From sequence record NC_048779.1: 64,000 bases of DNA; one strand, 5' to 3'. The notes under the pieces were generated by a model. It did no database searches. It saw only the letters and a list, made by a program, of their open reading frames with translations, and was not told the origin of the DNA. Below are positions 46,790 to 57,431 of this stretch, piece after piece. Within the stretch, counting starts at the first letter, position 1. Each line of letters opens with the position of its first letter. Both the position numbers and the translations under genes were made by a program.

Positions 46790-46822
46790 ATAACTCAGGT
46801 GGGCTAGACCCACCTGAGTTAT
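46790..46822 (-). terminator. Terminator between the two giant Ig genes
   Basis: ATAACTCAGGTGGG/CCCACCTGAGTTAT 14-bp stem. Confidence 0.8.
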
Positions 46823-46831
46823 TACTTTACA

Positions 46832-49800
46832 TTAGCTTGCAGGAGTACCGAACTTAGCCGTGTATTCCATTAATTCTACGTTGCCGTACATTAACTTGTA
46901 CACTACTTCAGACTCAGTAGGTTCGTTCACAACAAACGCCCATTCGCCATCTGGCATGACCGTCAACTCAGTTTCTGAATTATCGCTAACACGACGTGCT
47001 TTCAGCTTCAGAATAGTAGTTGGTCGGAACTCTAAACCATTGGTGTCGAGTACTTTACCTTTCACTATTGAGTCAACACCCACAGGATGATATTCAGGAA
47101 CATCAACATCGATCGCTGCGGTTACTGGTTTAATGATGTCGTTAGCGTAATCCCAGTTAACAGGGATAACACGATAGTCATTATCAGTACCCACATACAA
47201 CTCCGTTACTGAACTTGATTGTGCGGTTGCTTGGAACACCACATCATCACCCGGGTAGTCGATTCGAACCAGATTGATCACCTCTTGACGAGATTTAGGT
47301 TGGAACAAACTGTATCCCGGATTACGGATAGGTTCGTTGTTTTGATCTCTGACCGTCATGCGAACTAGGAATTTCTCCCCGTATTCGATGTTCTGCATGT
47401 TGTCGATTTCAATGATAGATTGACCGATTAACTCGTCGTCTACCCACTCCACGGTATCTGTGATGGACTTACCACCAACTTCAACGTAAACCGTATGTAC
47501 ACCTAGTCGATCACCAGACTCATCCGTTCCCGGCAAGGTGTAACTTACCAAGCCTTCAGAGTTGGTCATTTCTGTTGCAATAACTTCACCCTGAGCATTA
47601 CCCCAACGTGCGGTTACCGGAACGTCTTTGACGCGACCGTAGTTAGGTGCAAGGACGTAGAAGTGAACTTTAGCAGGTTGACCACTTGGAGCCTTAGTTG
47701 AAGAGAACGAGACCGTTTCTAGTTTCCCAATAGGAGGAATTTCCACGTTCCATGTAATCTCTTCATAACGTTCAGCATTACCCGTGAACAACACTAGCTG
47801 ATGAGTTCCTGTAGTTAAAGGACCAACTTCCAGAGTAAACCCTGTTCCATCGTTCTTCACTACAGTGGTATCCAACAACGTACCTCCGTTCAAGTGATAC
47901 ACACCAAGGTTACGACCCGGTAACACATCACCGTTCTGATCTAACAGTTTACCACTGATTGTGGCTGGTTGACCGTATTCAGCTGGAGATGACGTCACAA
48001 CATCTTGGAATGTCTTACCGACCAATTCTTCCACAGGTTTCCAATCCACCTCTGCGTCAAGTACCGAAGTACCGTTCTTAAAGTAGACCGTTGTTTTACC
48101 TGTTTCCGCTGGAGCCGGAACATTCATGGTCGCAATACCTCTGGCGTCGGTGTTCGCCGTCACCACTGCCGGATTACTTGGGTCACCCAAGTGAGCAGTG
48201 ACTTCAGTTCCCTCTACCGCAACATCACTTTGGTTCACGACTTTCACTGCCATTGTTGCCGGTTGACCCGTAGTTGCAACGTTAGCCGAATAAGGCATTT
48301 CATCAATGATGTTGTCTGCGGTCACTACCAGAGAGTAAGTCCCTAGGTAAGTCTTATCTGGTGCTGATATGTCGACTTTGTGAGTACGGTACTCAGGGAA
48401 CCATACTTCAACTTCGAACGTACCATCCGTTTTAATGGTACCCGTAAAGGCGTCACCATTATCCCCAGTTGCTGTACACGCGGTATTAGACAACGGAGTG
48501 AATGGGCTACCATCACTATCCACAAACGTACCGTGTAGACTAACTCTACCGTTACTCTTCGTCATTCTAGGAATGTTGTTGTCAAACACCACACGTTTCA
48601 TGTCAGCGTTATTCAAATCCCAGATGATCGTCTCATCGAAATGACCGGCATCGGTGAAGAGTGAGATAGGGTAGTTACTATCAGCCTCAGGACCATACTC
48701 AAACTCAAACGTACCGTCTGGTTGTAGTCGATCGATGTAATCATGGTTCTCCAAGGTAATCGTGTTAAAGATACCCAACGTTGAAGCCGTTGTGATTGGA
48801 TTGCCTTCTTGATCAACTAGCTGACCACGTACCGTCGTTGATTTTCCTGAAGCAGGGCGGTTATCCATGTAGAGACGAGTAAACCCGGTCGCATACTTAG
48901 TTACCGCAGGATACCACGTAATGTCTAACGTCTCTGTCAGTTGATCCAGAGTCGCTTCGATAGTACGGTTATCGTTGCCTGCTTCATAAGGGATAGCGTA
49001 AGACGCTAAACCACGTACGTTAGTCGTTAGTGTCGCAATAGGAGTTTCTGAACCCTGATCTCTAATTACGATCTGAGCATCCTGAACCCCAACACCGTCT
49101 TGGTCTTTCACGTACAACTCAATGTTAGCCTCGTTGTTTTGAGTTTGCTTACATTGTGAGGTGCCAACAAACGCCATCGTGTTTGACGTTGCCACGGTCC
49201 ACGCAATACTCAAGTTGGCCACCGGTATGTCATCATTGCCACCGAATCGGTAGGTGATGCTAGCGTTGGTGTTGTGTGTAACTGTTGTGCTGAATGAACC
49301 ATCTGGACCTGTGGTTAGTGCAGGTTGTGCGTCGCCAGAGATCGCCCATTGAACCTGAGCGTTTGCGATTGGATCACCGTATTGATCGTAACCTTTACCA
49401 CTGATGGTTAAGTTTTCGCCAGAGAACCCTGAAGTAGGATTACCTTCATCTAACTCAACGCGATTCAGTTCTGGGTCAGTGCGTTCAATGTACTCGATAC
49501 TGCGTTCAATGCGTTTACCGTTGATGATGAAGTAGAACTCATTCACCCCTACTGTAAACGGACCAATATTAAAGTCGAACGTACCATCCGGTTGTACATC
49601 GGTGGCATGACTGGTGTGAGTTAATAAACCACGATGGTAAATCTCGAACTTAGTTGTTGATGTCCCATTGTTCTGTTGGTTGATTAACTTACCTGTTACT
49701 TTCGCTAATTCACCATCGTAAACCGTTGCCGGGGTAGTTAACCCTTCAAACGCCACGTCGATAAGTTCATTAGTTGGTTTCCAAGTCGCTGTTACTGCTT

Positions 49801-52800
49801 CTACGACACTTCCTACTTTAATTTCAAAGTTAGAAGACATTGTCCCGGATTGGTAAGGCACTGAATGTGTTACCATTCCTTTGACATCCGTGTTTAATGT
49901 AGCGAGTGTGTTTCCGCCGGCTAGTTTAAACGTCACCGGGAGTTTAGGGATAGGGTTCCCTTCGCTATCTTTCACCACAGTACTCAGTACCACAGGGTCA
50001 CCTATCTGAGGTGTAGTGACCGATAACACACTCACGTCGTTTAACGTCACGTTGTCACTGTGACGAAAGGACTTTACCACAACGCTCGTACCATTAAGTT
50101 TGAAGTCGTAGTTTTCTGTTCCTGCTGCTGTTGGTTTAACCAGTACGCGGAACGTCCCTTTGCTAACATCTAAGTCTAGGTAGCTCTCCTTACCACCCAC
50201 AGTCATTGTCGCCTTAACGTAGTGGTCCAGTTCAGTCACTGGAACTCCGTCTACCGCTAATTTACCGCTTAACGTGTTCCATTCACCTACTACTAATGAT
50301 TCCGGAGAATCCGCGTCGAACACTAAGTCGTTTGGCGTGACTGCCGGTTTACTTTCCCATGTCACCGAGAACTCTTGACGACCAGCGTCAGTAGTTAAGA
50401 TGTAAGTCTTAGTTCCTGTTCCGCTATGCGCAAAGTCCAGTAAGTGGGATTTAGACTCACCAGTGGTTACACGGTTAAACAATACCTGATCCAATATTTC
50501 CGGATCAAAGATACCTACCGTGGACAACGGACGAGGGTTACCGTCACTTGCTACTGCTTGAACACTGACTAACGCACGCTCACCTTCAGGTACTGGGTTA
50601 GTAACCGTTAAGTTAGCGAATCCAGTTGGAGGTGTAAGTGGATCGTTAGCCCACCACTGACGACGTTCCTTAACAAGGTCACCGTACTTAGCGTAGATCA
50701 AACGGTTAGCGTTACTTCCTTTCTGAGGAACGTTAAACTCAGCAATACCAAACTCGTTGGTAGTTACAGTTGTTAACAGTGTGCCCGATGCCGAATCCAA
50801 GTGCAGAGCAATAGGAACACCTGCAATGCCCTTACCTGAACTATCTAAAGCGGCGAATGGTACAAACGCGGTTTGTCCCGGTACTGCATTAGAGTCAGAA
50901 TAGCGCATGACCTCAATTGAATCCACTGGGAGTTTCCACTCAACAGTATGTCCAATACGAGCAACGTCTGGTTCCCAACCAAATTCGTAAAGCACTGGAC
51001 CTGCTTCAGTTGAAGTGTAATCCAGACTCCAAGAACCACCCGGAGGAGAACGGAAGGCGTTTTGTGGTTCGCCATTAATGAACGGTCGTACTGAAACGCC
51101 ATCGATCGGATCGCCGTATTGATCCAAAGTAACCGCAGTCAGTTTCACAGACTCACCAACCATCCCTTCGGTAGGTTGTTCACCAACCCACTCAATAGAG
51201 GTGAATACCGGTGCCGCTTCCTCAACTGTGATTGTGACCGATCCCAAGTACTTACCTTGATAAGTATGGAAGTCAAACAACACATCCCCTTCATCACTAA
51301 AGGTGTAAGCAAACGACCACGTACCGTCCGGTGTAACTGTGAACTCGTAGGTGTTACCCTCACTGCTGTTTACGTAAACCGTGATACTCTTAGCTGGTGC
51401 AATTGGATCACCAGCGCTATCCAAGATGGTGCCTTGGAGAGTATGTGTGGTAGCAACGTTAACCTGAGTAGGAACACTCGCATCCAACTTAACCGCTTTC
51501 AGGTCTTCGTTTTCCGCATCCCAAGAAATACCTCTGATAGAACCCACATTGCCTTCAGTAACAAGGCTGTAGTTGTAAGTACCATCTGGTTTGACTGGGA
51601 GTTCGATATCGAACGTACCATCTGCTTGAACTTGTGCAGAGTAATCCGTTAAGTCAAACGACCCTTGATCGAACACTTTAAGGAATTGTGGACCTGCTAA
51701 CGGTGTGCCGTCTTGATCTACAACTGTACCTCGTAGTGTTGCTGTTGTGCCGGAAGCCGGTTTAGTGTCAACCACGTAACCAGTTCTTGAAGTCTTACGA
51801 CCAAATCCAGCCGCGATCTTAGGATCACTACCTACCCAAGACAACGTCAAGGTATCTTGAATACCGCCCAACTTAGCAGTGATTACTACGTCACCCACTT
51901 CAGTGGCTTCTTTAGGCCAGTAACCAATGTAGGTCTCACTGTAGATGTTTTCAGTACCCAGAGGGTCACCAGAAACATCACCTTCATAGAACTCCACTAC
52001 ACGTCCGGTAACGCTTTCTCCGTTCTCATCCACCACTCGGATTGATACATAAGCATCATCACCGACAACGGCCTTAGGTTGAGAGTCTGCGTTAAACACC
52101 AAGCTTACCGTCTGACACCACTTGATGTCTACCGTGTCGTAAGTGTTTTCTCCGACCTTAAAGGTAAAGCTTTGAGTTTCCACTTGATCATTCGTCGGCT
52201 TCACGCTGAATGTACCGTCAGTATGAATCGTGCCTTGGAACTCAGTAGTCTCATCCAGTACCAGTGTGAACAATTCTTCAACGATTGGTCGGTAAAGTTG
52301 GTTCATGGTGTTGTACACTTTACCCGTTAATGAGAAGTCTTCGTTCAGACCCACTTTAACTGTACTAGGGACATCAAAGTTGCGTAAAGTACCCGCACCT
52401 TCAAAGAACTCAACAGCATGGGTCGCTAGGACTGTCTCACCATCTTTAAAGGTATATGTGATGGTTTCACTTACGTCATGAGTCGCATTAAAGGACCAGT
52501 TACCTTGTGCATCGATTACCGTTGGAAGAACATCGTCGTTTTTGTCATTCACAACATCCAGAGTGTAAATTCCTTCATCTGGTGTGAACGGTGTCCCGAT
52601 GGTATCCGTGGAGCTACCAAAGATCTCAACTGTGTCACCTAATAGACCGCGAGTGCCGCTATCAGGATCAATTTCGATGCTTGCTAAGATACCACTACCT
52701 CCCCAACGCGTCGTTTGACGATCGATGTTACCTAGTGTGGCGAAGATCAACTCATAGGTCTTAAACGGATAAGGACCTAACTCTACACTAAACGTACCGT

Positions 52801-55800
52801 CTGGTTGAATGTTGTCAGTCAGTACAGTGTTAGTCATCTCCGTCTTGTTGTAGACCGCGAGTTCACCGTTAGCGTAAGGATTACCGTCTTGATCTAAGAT
52901 CTTACCAGTAATTACTGCTTTGTCGTCTCCTACTACCTTCTCAGGCACCACTAAGGTTTCAAAGCGGTCACCGGTTAACTCAGGTGACTCTACCCAACGG
53001 ATTAATAACGACTCTCCGGTCACACCACCGTTGTAACCACTCGACATCGTAAACTCAGGGAAACTTTCGTCATGGTTCCAAGTTACTTCTGCCATGCCAT
53101 TAAAGTCACTCTTAACGTTGACTTTATACTCGAAAGAGTTTCTTGCACCCGGAGTAAATGTCAGGCACGCGTCAGGCACTACGTCCCCGTTACCATCTTT
53201 AACAATCACCCCTACGGTTGCACTTCTTCCTTTAGCTGGCTTAGGTGTACTGTAAGGTAACAACGTAACGTTAAGTTGATCGTAGTAATTGATTTCTTGA
53301 GTATCAATCACCACACCGTCAACCTTAAAGTTGTAAGGATGTTTACCGGCTGGTTTACCTTCTCCCAACTTAGCAACAAATCGACCTTTCGGTGTGATGT
53401 AAACTGGGTGGTTTTGTGTGTCAGAAATTTGAGCTTCCACATAACCGGTAAGTACCGCGGTATCCCCTGACCCATCGATAGCCGTACCATCAATCCACTG
53501 ATCAAGGTTGAATCGGATAAACGCATTACCACTGTTATTGAGTGTGTTGAATCGTGTTGGTTTAACCAACGCGGTATCCTCATCCCAAGTCATTGTGGTT
53601 ACCATCGCCGCGTTTTCACCAAAGATCACCAATTCATGATCACCTGAGGTTTGTGTAGGAACACGGTATAGGTTGAAACGTTCGCCGTAGATATCAAGAT
53701 CACTTTCTATTTCAGTTAATACGATCTCTTGAAGTGTTCGCTTGTCAAAGGCACGAATCACAGCGCCAGTTACATGTGACTTCGTTTCCCATGGAGTAAC
53801 ATTACCGCCCGGGTCCGTTGCGGCTGGACCAGACGCATAACTCATGTGTGATAGAGGACTGAGTTTAATCACACCGTCTTCACCATCCGCCACATGTCGA
53901 GTCGCTTCAAAACCATGCAGCTCTTCAACCACTGGATTTGTCACACCCCATTCAACAATGGCGTTTGCTGAAATACCTTCGCTCACAACAAAATAAGTCA
54001 GGTCACCAGAATTAGGAGTGTCTGGATTATCGTTTACCATAAACTCAACAATACCGAACTCATCGGTAGTTTTAGTATCCACCAATAGTCCTGTATCACT
54101 TCCTAAGCGTAGTTCTATTGATTGACCTACCATTGGTTTGTCTACGGAGTTAATGCCGGCAAACGCAAGCGTAGCGCTTCCTGTTTGTTTAACTTTACTG
54201 GTCGAATAAGGAAGTGTACGGAGTTCTTTAAGTACGATAGGTGCTTCGGTCACAAACACCGTGCTAGGGATTACAGCGCTGTTCGTCGCAAACACCAATT
54301 CGTTTGCACCAAGATCATAAGGACCGATGTTGATGTCAAACGTGCCATCGCTGTTGATGTTGCCGTTGAACATCTTTCCACCTAGAGTGGACTTGTTAAA
54401 CACCACCAACCACATGATAGAAGTGTCGGATTGACTTAAATTACCAACTAACTTACCGGTTACCTGAATAGGTTGACCGACGTAGGTTTGAGGACTGATC
54501 ACTAGGTCAGCGATTTCAATTGCTGAATTCTCAGTATCGGACGCCCAACGAATGGTGCGGTTGTCTTTTAAGTCTGTGCCGTTAATAAACGCAGTCACTT
54601 CATCTTGCGGTGTACTTGGTGTAGTAATAGTATCTGGGTTGTAACTTAAAACAAGTTCAGCCACACCAAACTCATCCGTTACCACCTTACCGTAATCCAC
54701 ACCTGCGTCGTAAGTGTTTGTAAAGTTAACCAACATCCCCTCGATGCCATTAGAGTCAGCATCTTTCACCACAACAGCCAAGGTAGCGTTGTGGGTCTTC
54801 GCAACTTTGTCACCAGTGTAATTAGCGAATTCAATCACCGGGGAAGCGATAAACTCTACTTGGTGAACGTAAAGGTTATTGCCGTCGTCTAAGATGGAGT
54901 AAGTCTTAGTCTTAATGGTATCGGACGTTGCTTCAAAAGAGAACGACCCAGATGGCCCCACTTTAACTTTAACTGTCGTCGCATTCTCGTCACGGATGGA
55001 AAGTTCCATTTCTTCCACAGGACGAACAACGTTACCTTCACTGTCAATGATTGAGCCAGATACCGTAACCACAGTGTCAACAACTGCTGATGTCGGTGAG
55101 GTAGGGTCCAATTGGATACCAGCAGGTTCATTGGCAGTAGCACCACCCCAAGTTAATGACAGCTTACGTTGAGCATTCCCGCTGTAGAATACCACATCGT
55201 GGTCTCCGTCCGGCATGGTAGGGAAAGAAACTGAGTAAGTCCCTTTAGCATTCTCAGTGATTTCAGCAAGGTAAGATTCGTAGAAGAAACTGTTCAGAAC
55301 CACCACACCACAATCGGCAAGGTCACCTTTCGTTCCATCTTGGTTTAATGCTTCTAGCTCAATTGATAAACGCCCGCCAGTGTTAACTGGGTTAGTGTAA
55401 TCGAAGTAACCAAACTCACTGATTACGTCACGATCGTTCACCCACGTTATACCACTAGATTCCGTATTCGGACCCATAACACAACGAACTTCGTGATAAC
55501 CACTTAGTTGAACACCATCAATTTCTGGTGGGAGTGAATACTCCACTATCCCGTTATCGTCAGTTAGTTTCGTTTCCAGTTCTTTCCATTCCCCGTTTAC
55601 ACGAACAGACAGACTTGCCGGAATACCAACTACAGGAATTAATTTGGCGTCTTCAATCAAGCTTGCACGGTAAGCAACTAACCCTTCATCACCAATGTAG
55701 ATGTTCGGGTAAGAAGAATAGTTCAAACGTTCAGTACGTAAACCCGGAGGGAAACCGATCGCCCATTCTGTTGCTTTCTCTAAAGTAACACCAGTGGTAC

Positions 55801-57421
55801 CAAGAACAAGGTTGTGCTTACCTTTTTCTAACGGACCAAAGTCAAAAGAGAAAGTACCGTCACCGTTAACCGACGACATATCCACTGGAGTATGTCCTAG
55901 CGTGTGTTTGTCGAACACTCCTAAGCGAGACGGTTTAAACCCATTCCCGCCTTGATCGTAAATACGACCGCTAATGGTCATGGCGTTTACGGTGTCACCC
56001 ACACTAGGGAAGGACATGTTACGGAATTCACTAGCCACAGAAGAACCACTGAAAGAGACTTCATGGTCAGCAGACTTGCTTCCAAACTCAACACCCGTTC
56101 TCACTGAGGTTGCGGTTCCGTTTTTAGAAACCGAAGTCTCCACAATACCGAACTCATCGGTCACGGCTTGTCCGTAACCATCCGGGTCCCAAGTTACAAT
56201 CTGAGCGTAAGGAATACCCTTACCTTCTGCATCGAGTAATGCAAAAGCGACGTCACCAGTACCGTTGGTGTAGAGTGTTGTGACAGAATAAGGAAGAGTC
56301 TTTAATTCAGCAGCAGCGATGAATTCACCTTGGTGTGTAACAACTTCTTCACCGGCGGTGTTTTTGATTATTTCCGTTACGGTTTCACCCACTTCCCCTT
56401 TAATGGAGAAAATGAAAGAACCATCAGGGTACATCGAGACCGTTCTTACTTGACCATCTTTGTCTTCTATCCCAATAGTGGTGAATTCAGTTGGAGTGTG
56501 ATTACTACCGTCTGATTCTAAAGCTTGACCGTAGATGTTAGACCAACTTCCGCTTGGGTAAAACTTAGCATTCCCCATTGGGAGTGTTACGTCATGAATG
56601 TCCGGATTAGGGAAGGTACCAGACTCTACCGTAAACTCAATGAACTGACCTTCGGTATACGCGACTAAGTGGTGTTTACCTTCCGGTAGTGAGTCGAACG
56701 TATGTAGGAACCCATCTACATTAATTGATTCTTTTTGCGTAGTAACGCTTTCTAAAGTGTCTTTGTTAAAGATATCAATATCGGAAACCCATAATGGTTC
56801 ACCGGCTGCATCTAAGATAGTGCCAGAAACACTACCACGTCCGATGGCATTGATTTTCTCAATGTATTTAAAGTCGCCGATTCCGAAGCGACCTTCTTCT
56901 TCACCATCTTCCCACTGCATGTAGTTGCTGTTAATGTTACCACCTGCTTTCGCAAAATAGTTGACATTAACTGGTGAGTTTTCACGAGGAGTTGTGTATG
57001 TTGCTATACCAAATCCATCAGTTTTAACTGTCGCCACTGGCTCGGAGTTTTCGTCGTCGCGGTGGATGGTCACATCCGCATAGGGAACCCCATTACCTTG
57101 GTCGTCTTTTACCGCAAATGCGATAACACCAGTGTTACCAACTTTAATGCGGAAATTAGAATACGGCAAGGTTACTACTTCAGCTGTTTCAATGAAACGC
57201 ACCGCGTGCGCACCTACATCTACTCCATTGTAAATAAAAGTGAAGTCGACCTGAGAGTCGACTTCAGCGTTCACTTCTAAGGACCAATGACCAGAATCAT
57301 TGGTCGTGATAGTCACATCAGGTAGGCCGTCCGATCGGACGGCCTTTAATGTGACGGGTTTACCCGGGTTTACTTCGTTGCCTTCAGCATCGAGTAAGTT
57401 CCCTCTGATAATACCTGCCAT
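46832..57421 (-). CDS. Giant Ig-like repeat protein, 3529 aa; putative fibre or adhesin
   Basis: Cyclic A-B-C units: LPYS...AF...DxxG...TDEFGI; FxxLxxP...G...DQxG...DGTF...GP...HxLV; IxxD...GxxxDxxG...DGxFSF. Confidence 0.82.
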   Translation of the reverse strand: MAGIIRGNLLDAEGNEVNPGKPVTLKAVRSDGLPDVTITTNDSGHWSLEVNAEVDSQVDFTFIYNGVDVGAHAVRFIETAEVVTLPYSNFRIKVGNTGVIAFAVKDDQGNGVPYADVTIHRDDENSEPVATVKTDGFGIATYTTPRENSPVNVNYFAKAGGNINSNYMQWEDGEEEGRFGIGDFKYIEKINAIGRGSVSGTILDAAGEPLWVSDIDIFNKDTLESVTTQKESINVDGFLHTFDSLPEGKHHLVAYTEGQFIEFTVESGTFPNPDIHDVTLPMGNAKFYPSGSWSNIYGQALESDGSNHTPTEFTTIGIEDKDGQVRTVSMYPDGSFIFSIKGEVGETVTEIIKNTAGEEVVTHQGEFIAAAELKTLPYSVTTLYTNGTGDVAFALLDAEGKGIPYAQIVTWDPDGYGQAVTDEFGIVETSVSKNGTATSVRTGVEFGSKSADHEVSFSGSSVASEFRNMSFPSVGDTVNAMTISGRIYDQGGNGFKPSRLGVFDKHTLGHTPVDMSSVNGDGTFSFDFGPLEKGKHNLVLGTTGVTLEKATEWAIGFPPGLRTERLNYSSYPNIYIGDEGLVAYRASLIEDAKLIPVVGIPASLSVRVNGEWKELETKLTDDNGIVEYSLPPEIDGVQLSGYHEVRCVMGPNTESSGITWVNDRDVISEFGYFDYTNPVNTGGRLSIELEALNQDGTKGDLADCGVVVLNSFFYESYLAEITENAKGTYSVSFPTMPDGDHDVVFYSGNAQRKLSLTWGGATANEPAGIQLDPTSPTSAVVDTVVTVSGSIIDSEGNVVRPVEEMELSIRDENATTVKVKVGPSGSFSFEATSDTIKTKTYSILDDGNNLYVHQVEFIASPVIEFANYTGDKVAKTHNATLAVVVKDADSNGIEGMLVNFTNTYDAGVDYGKVVTDEFGVAELVLSYNPDTITTPSTPQDEVTAFINGTDLKDNRTIRWASDTENSAIEIADLVISPQTYVGQPIQVTGKLVGNLSQSDTSIMWLVVFNKSTLGGKMFNGNINSDGTFDINIGPYDLGANELVFATNSAVIPSTVFVTEAPIVLKELRTLPYSTSKVKQTGSATLAFAGINSVDKPMVGQSIELRLGSDTGLLVDTKTTDEFGIVEFMVNDNPDTPNSGDLTYFVVSEGISANAIVEWGVTNPVVEELHGFEATRHVADGEDGVIKLSPLSHMSYASGPAATDPGGNVTPWETKSHVTGAVIRAFDKRTLQEIVLTEIESDLDIYGERFNLYRVPTQTSGDHELVIFGENAAMVTTMTWDEDTALVKPTRFNTLNNSGNAFIRFNLDQWIDGTAIDGSGDTAVLTGYVEAQISDTQNHPVYITPKGRFVAKLGEGKPAGKHPYNFKVDGVVIDTQEINYYDQLNVTLLPYSTPKPAKGRSATVGVIVKDGNGDVVPDACLTFTPGARNSFEYKVNVKSDFNGMAEVTWNHDESFPEFTMSSGYNGGVTGESLLIRWVESPELTGDRFETLVVPEKVVGDDKAVITGKILDQDGNPYANGELAVYNKTEMTNTVLTDNIQPDGTFSVELGPYPFKTYELIFATLGNIDRQTTRWGGSGILASIEIDPDSGTRGLLGDTVEIFGSSTDTIGTPFTPDEGIYTLDVVNDKNDDVLPTVIDAQGNWSFNATHDVSETITYTFKDGETVLATHAVEFFEGAGTLRNFDVPSTVKVGLNEDFSLTGKVYNTMNQLYRPIVEELFTLVLDETTEFQGTIHTDGTFSVKPTNDQVETQSFTFKVGENTYDTVDIKWCQTVSLVFNADSQPKAVVGDDAYVSIRVVDENGESVTGRVVEFYEGDVSGDPLGTENIYSETYIGYWPKEATEVGDVVITAKLGGIQDTLTLSWVGSDPKIAAGFGRKTSRTGYVVDTKPASGTTATLRGTVVDQDGTPLAGPQFLKVFDQGSFDLTDYSAQVQADGTFDIELPVKPDGTYNYSLVTEGNVGSIRGISWDAENEDLKAVKLDASVPTQVNVATTHTLQGTILDSAGDPIAPAKSITVYVNSSEGNTYEFTVTPDGTWSFAYTFSDEGDVLFDFHTYQGKYLGSVTITVEEAAPVFTSIEWVGEQPTEGMVGESVKLTAVTLDQYGDPIDGVSVRPFINGEPQNAFRSPPGGSWSLDYTSTEAGPVLYEFGWEPDVARIGHTVEWKLPVDSIEVMRYSDSNAVPGQTAFVPFAALDSSGKGIAGVPIALHLDSASGTLLTTVTTNEFGIAEFNVPQKGSNANRLIYAKYGDLVKERRQWWANDPLTPPTGFANLTVTNPVPEGERALVSVQAVASDGNPRPLSTVGIFDPEILDQVLFNRVTTGESKSHLLDFAHSGTGTKTYILTTDAGRQEFSVTWESKPAVTPNDLVFDADSPESLVVGEWNTLSGKLAVDGVPVTELDHYVKATMTVGGKESYLDLDVSKGTFRVLVKPTAAGTENYDFKLNGTSVVVKSFRHSDNVTLNDVSVLSVTTPQIGDPVVLSTVVKDSEGNPIPKLPVTFKLAGGNTLATLNTDVKGMVTHSVPYQSGTMSSNFEIKVGSVVEAVTATWKPTNELIDVAFEGLTTPATVYDGELAKVTGKLINQQNNGTSTTKFEIYHRGLLTHTSHATDVQPDGTFDFNIGPFTVGVNEFYFIINGKRIERSIEYIERTDPELNRVELDEGNPTSGFSGENLTISGKGYDQYGDPIANAQVQWAISGDAQPALTTGPDGSFSTTVTHNTNASITYRFGGNDDIPVANLSIAWTVATSNTMAFVGTSQCKQTQNNEANIELYVKDQDGVGVQDAQIVIRDQGSETPIATLTTNVRGLASYAIPYEAGNDNRTIEATLDQLTETLDITWYPAVTKYATGFTRLYMDNRPASGKSTTVRGQLVDQEGNPITTASTLGIFNTITLENHDYIDRLQPDGTFEFEYGPEADSNYPISLFTDAGHFDETIIWDLNNADMKRVVFDNNIPRMTKSNGRVSLHGTFVDSDGSPFTPLSNTACTATGDNGDAFTGTIKTDGTFEVEVWFPEYRTHKVDISAPDKTYLGTYSLVVTADNIIDEMPYSANVATTGQPATMAVKVVNQSDVAVEGTEVTAHLGDPSNPAVVTANTDARGIATMNVPAPAETGKTTVYFKNGTSVLDAEVDWKPVEELVGKTFQDVVTSSPAEYGQPATISGKLLDQNGDVLPGRNLGVYHLNGGTLLDTTVVKNDGTGFTLEVGPLTTGTHQLVLFTGNAERYEEITWNVEIPPIGKLETVSFSSTKAPSGQPAKVHFYVLAPNYGRVKDVPVTARWGNAQGEVIATEMTNSEGLVSYTLPGTDESGDRLGVHTVYVEVGGKSITDTVEWVDDELIGQSIIEIDNMQNIEYGEKFLVRMTVRDQNNEPIRNPGYSLFQPKSRQEVINLVRIDYPGDDVVFQATAQSSSVTELYVGTDNDYRVIPVNWDYANDIIKPVTAAIDVDVPEYHPVGVDSIVKGKVLDTNGLEFRPTTILKLKARRVSDNSETELTVMPDGEWAFVVNEPTESEVVYKLMYGNVELMEYTAKFGTPAS

Positions 57422-57431
57422 TTATTATTTC

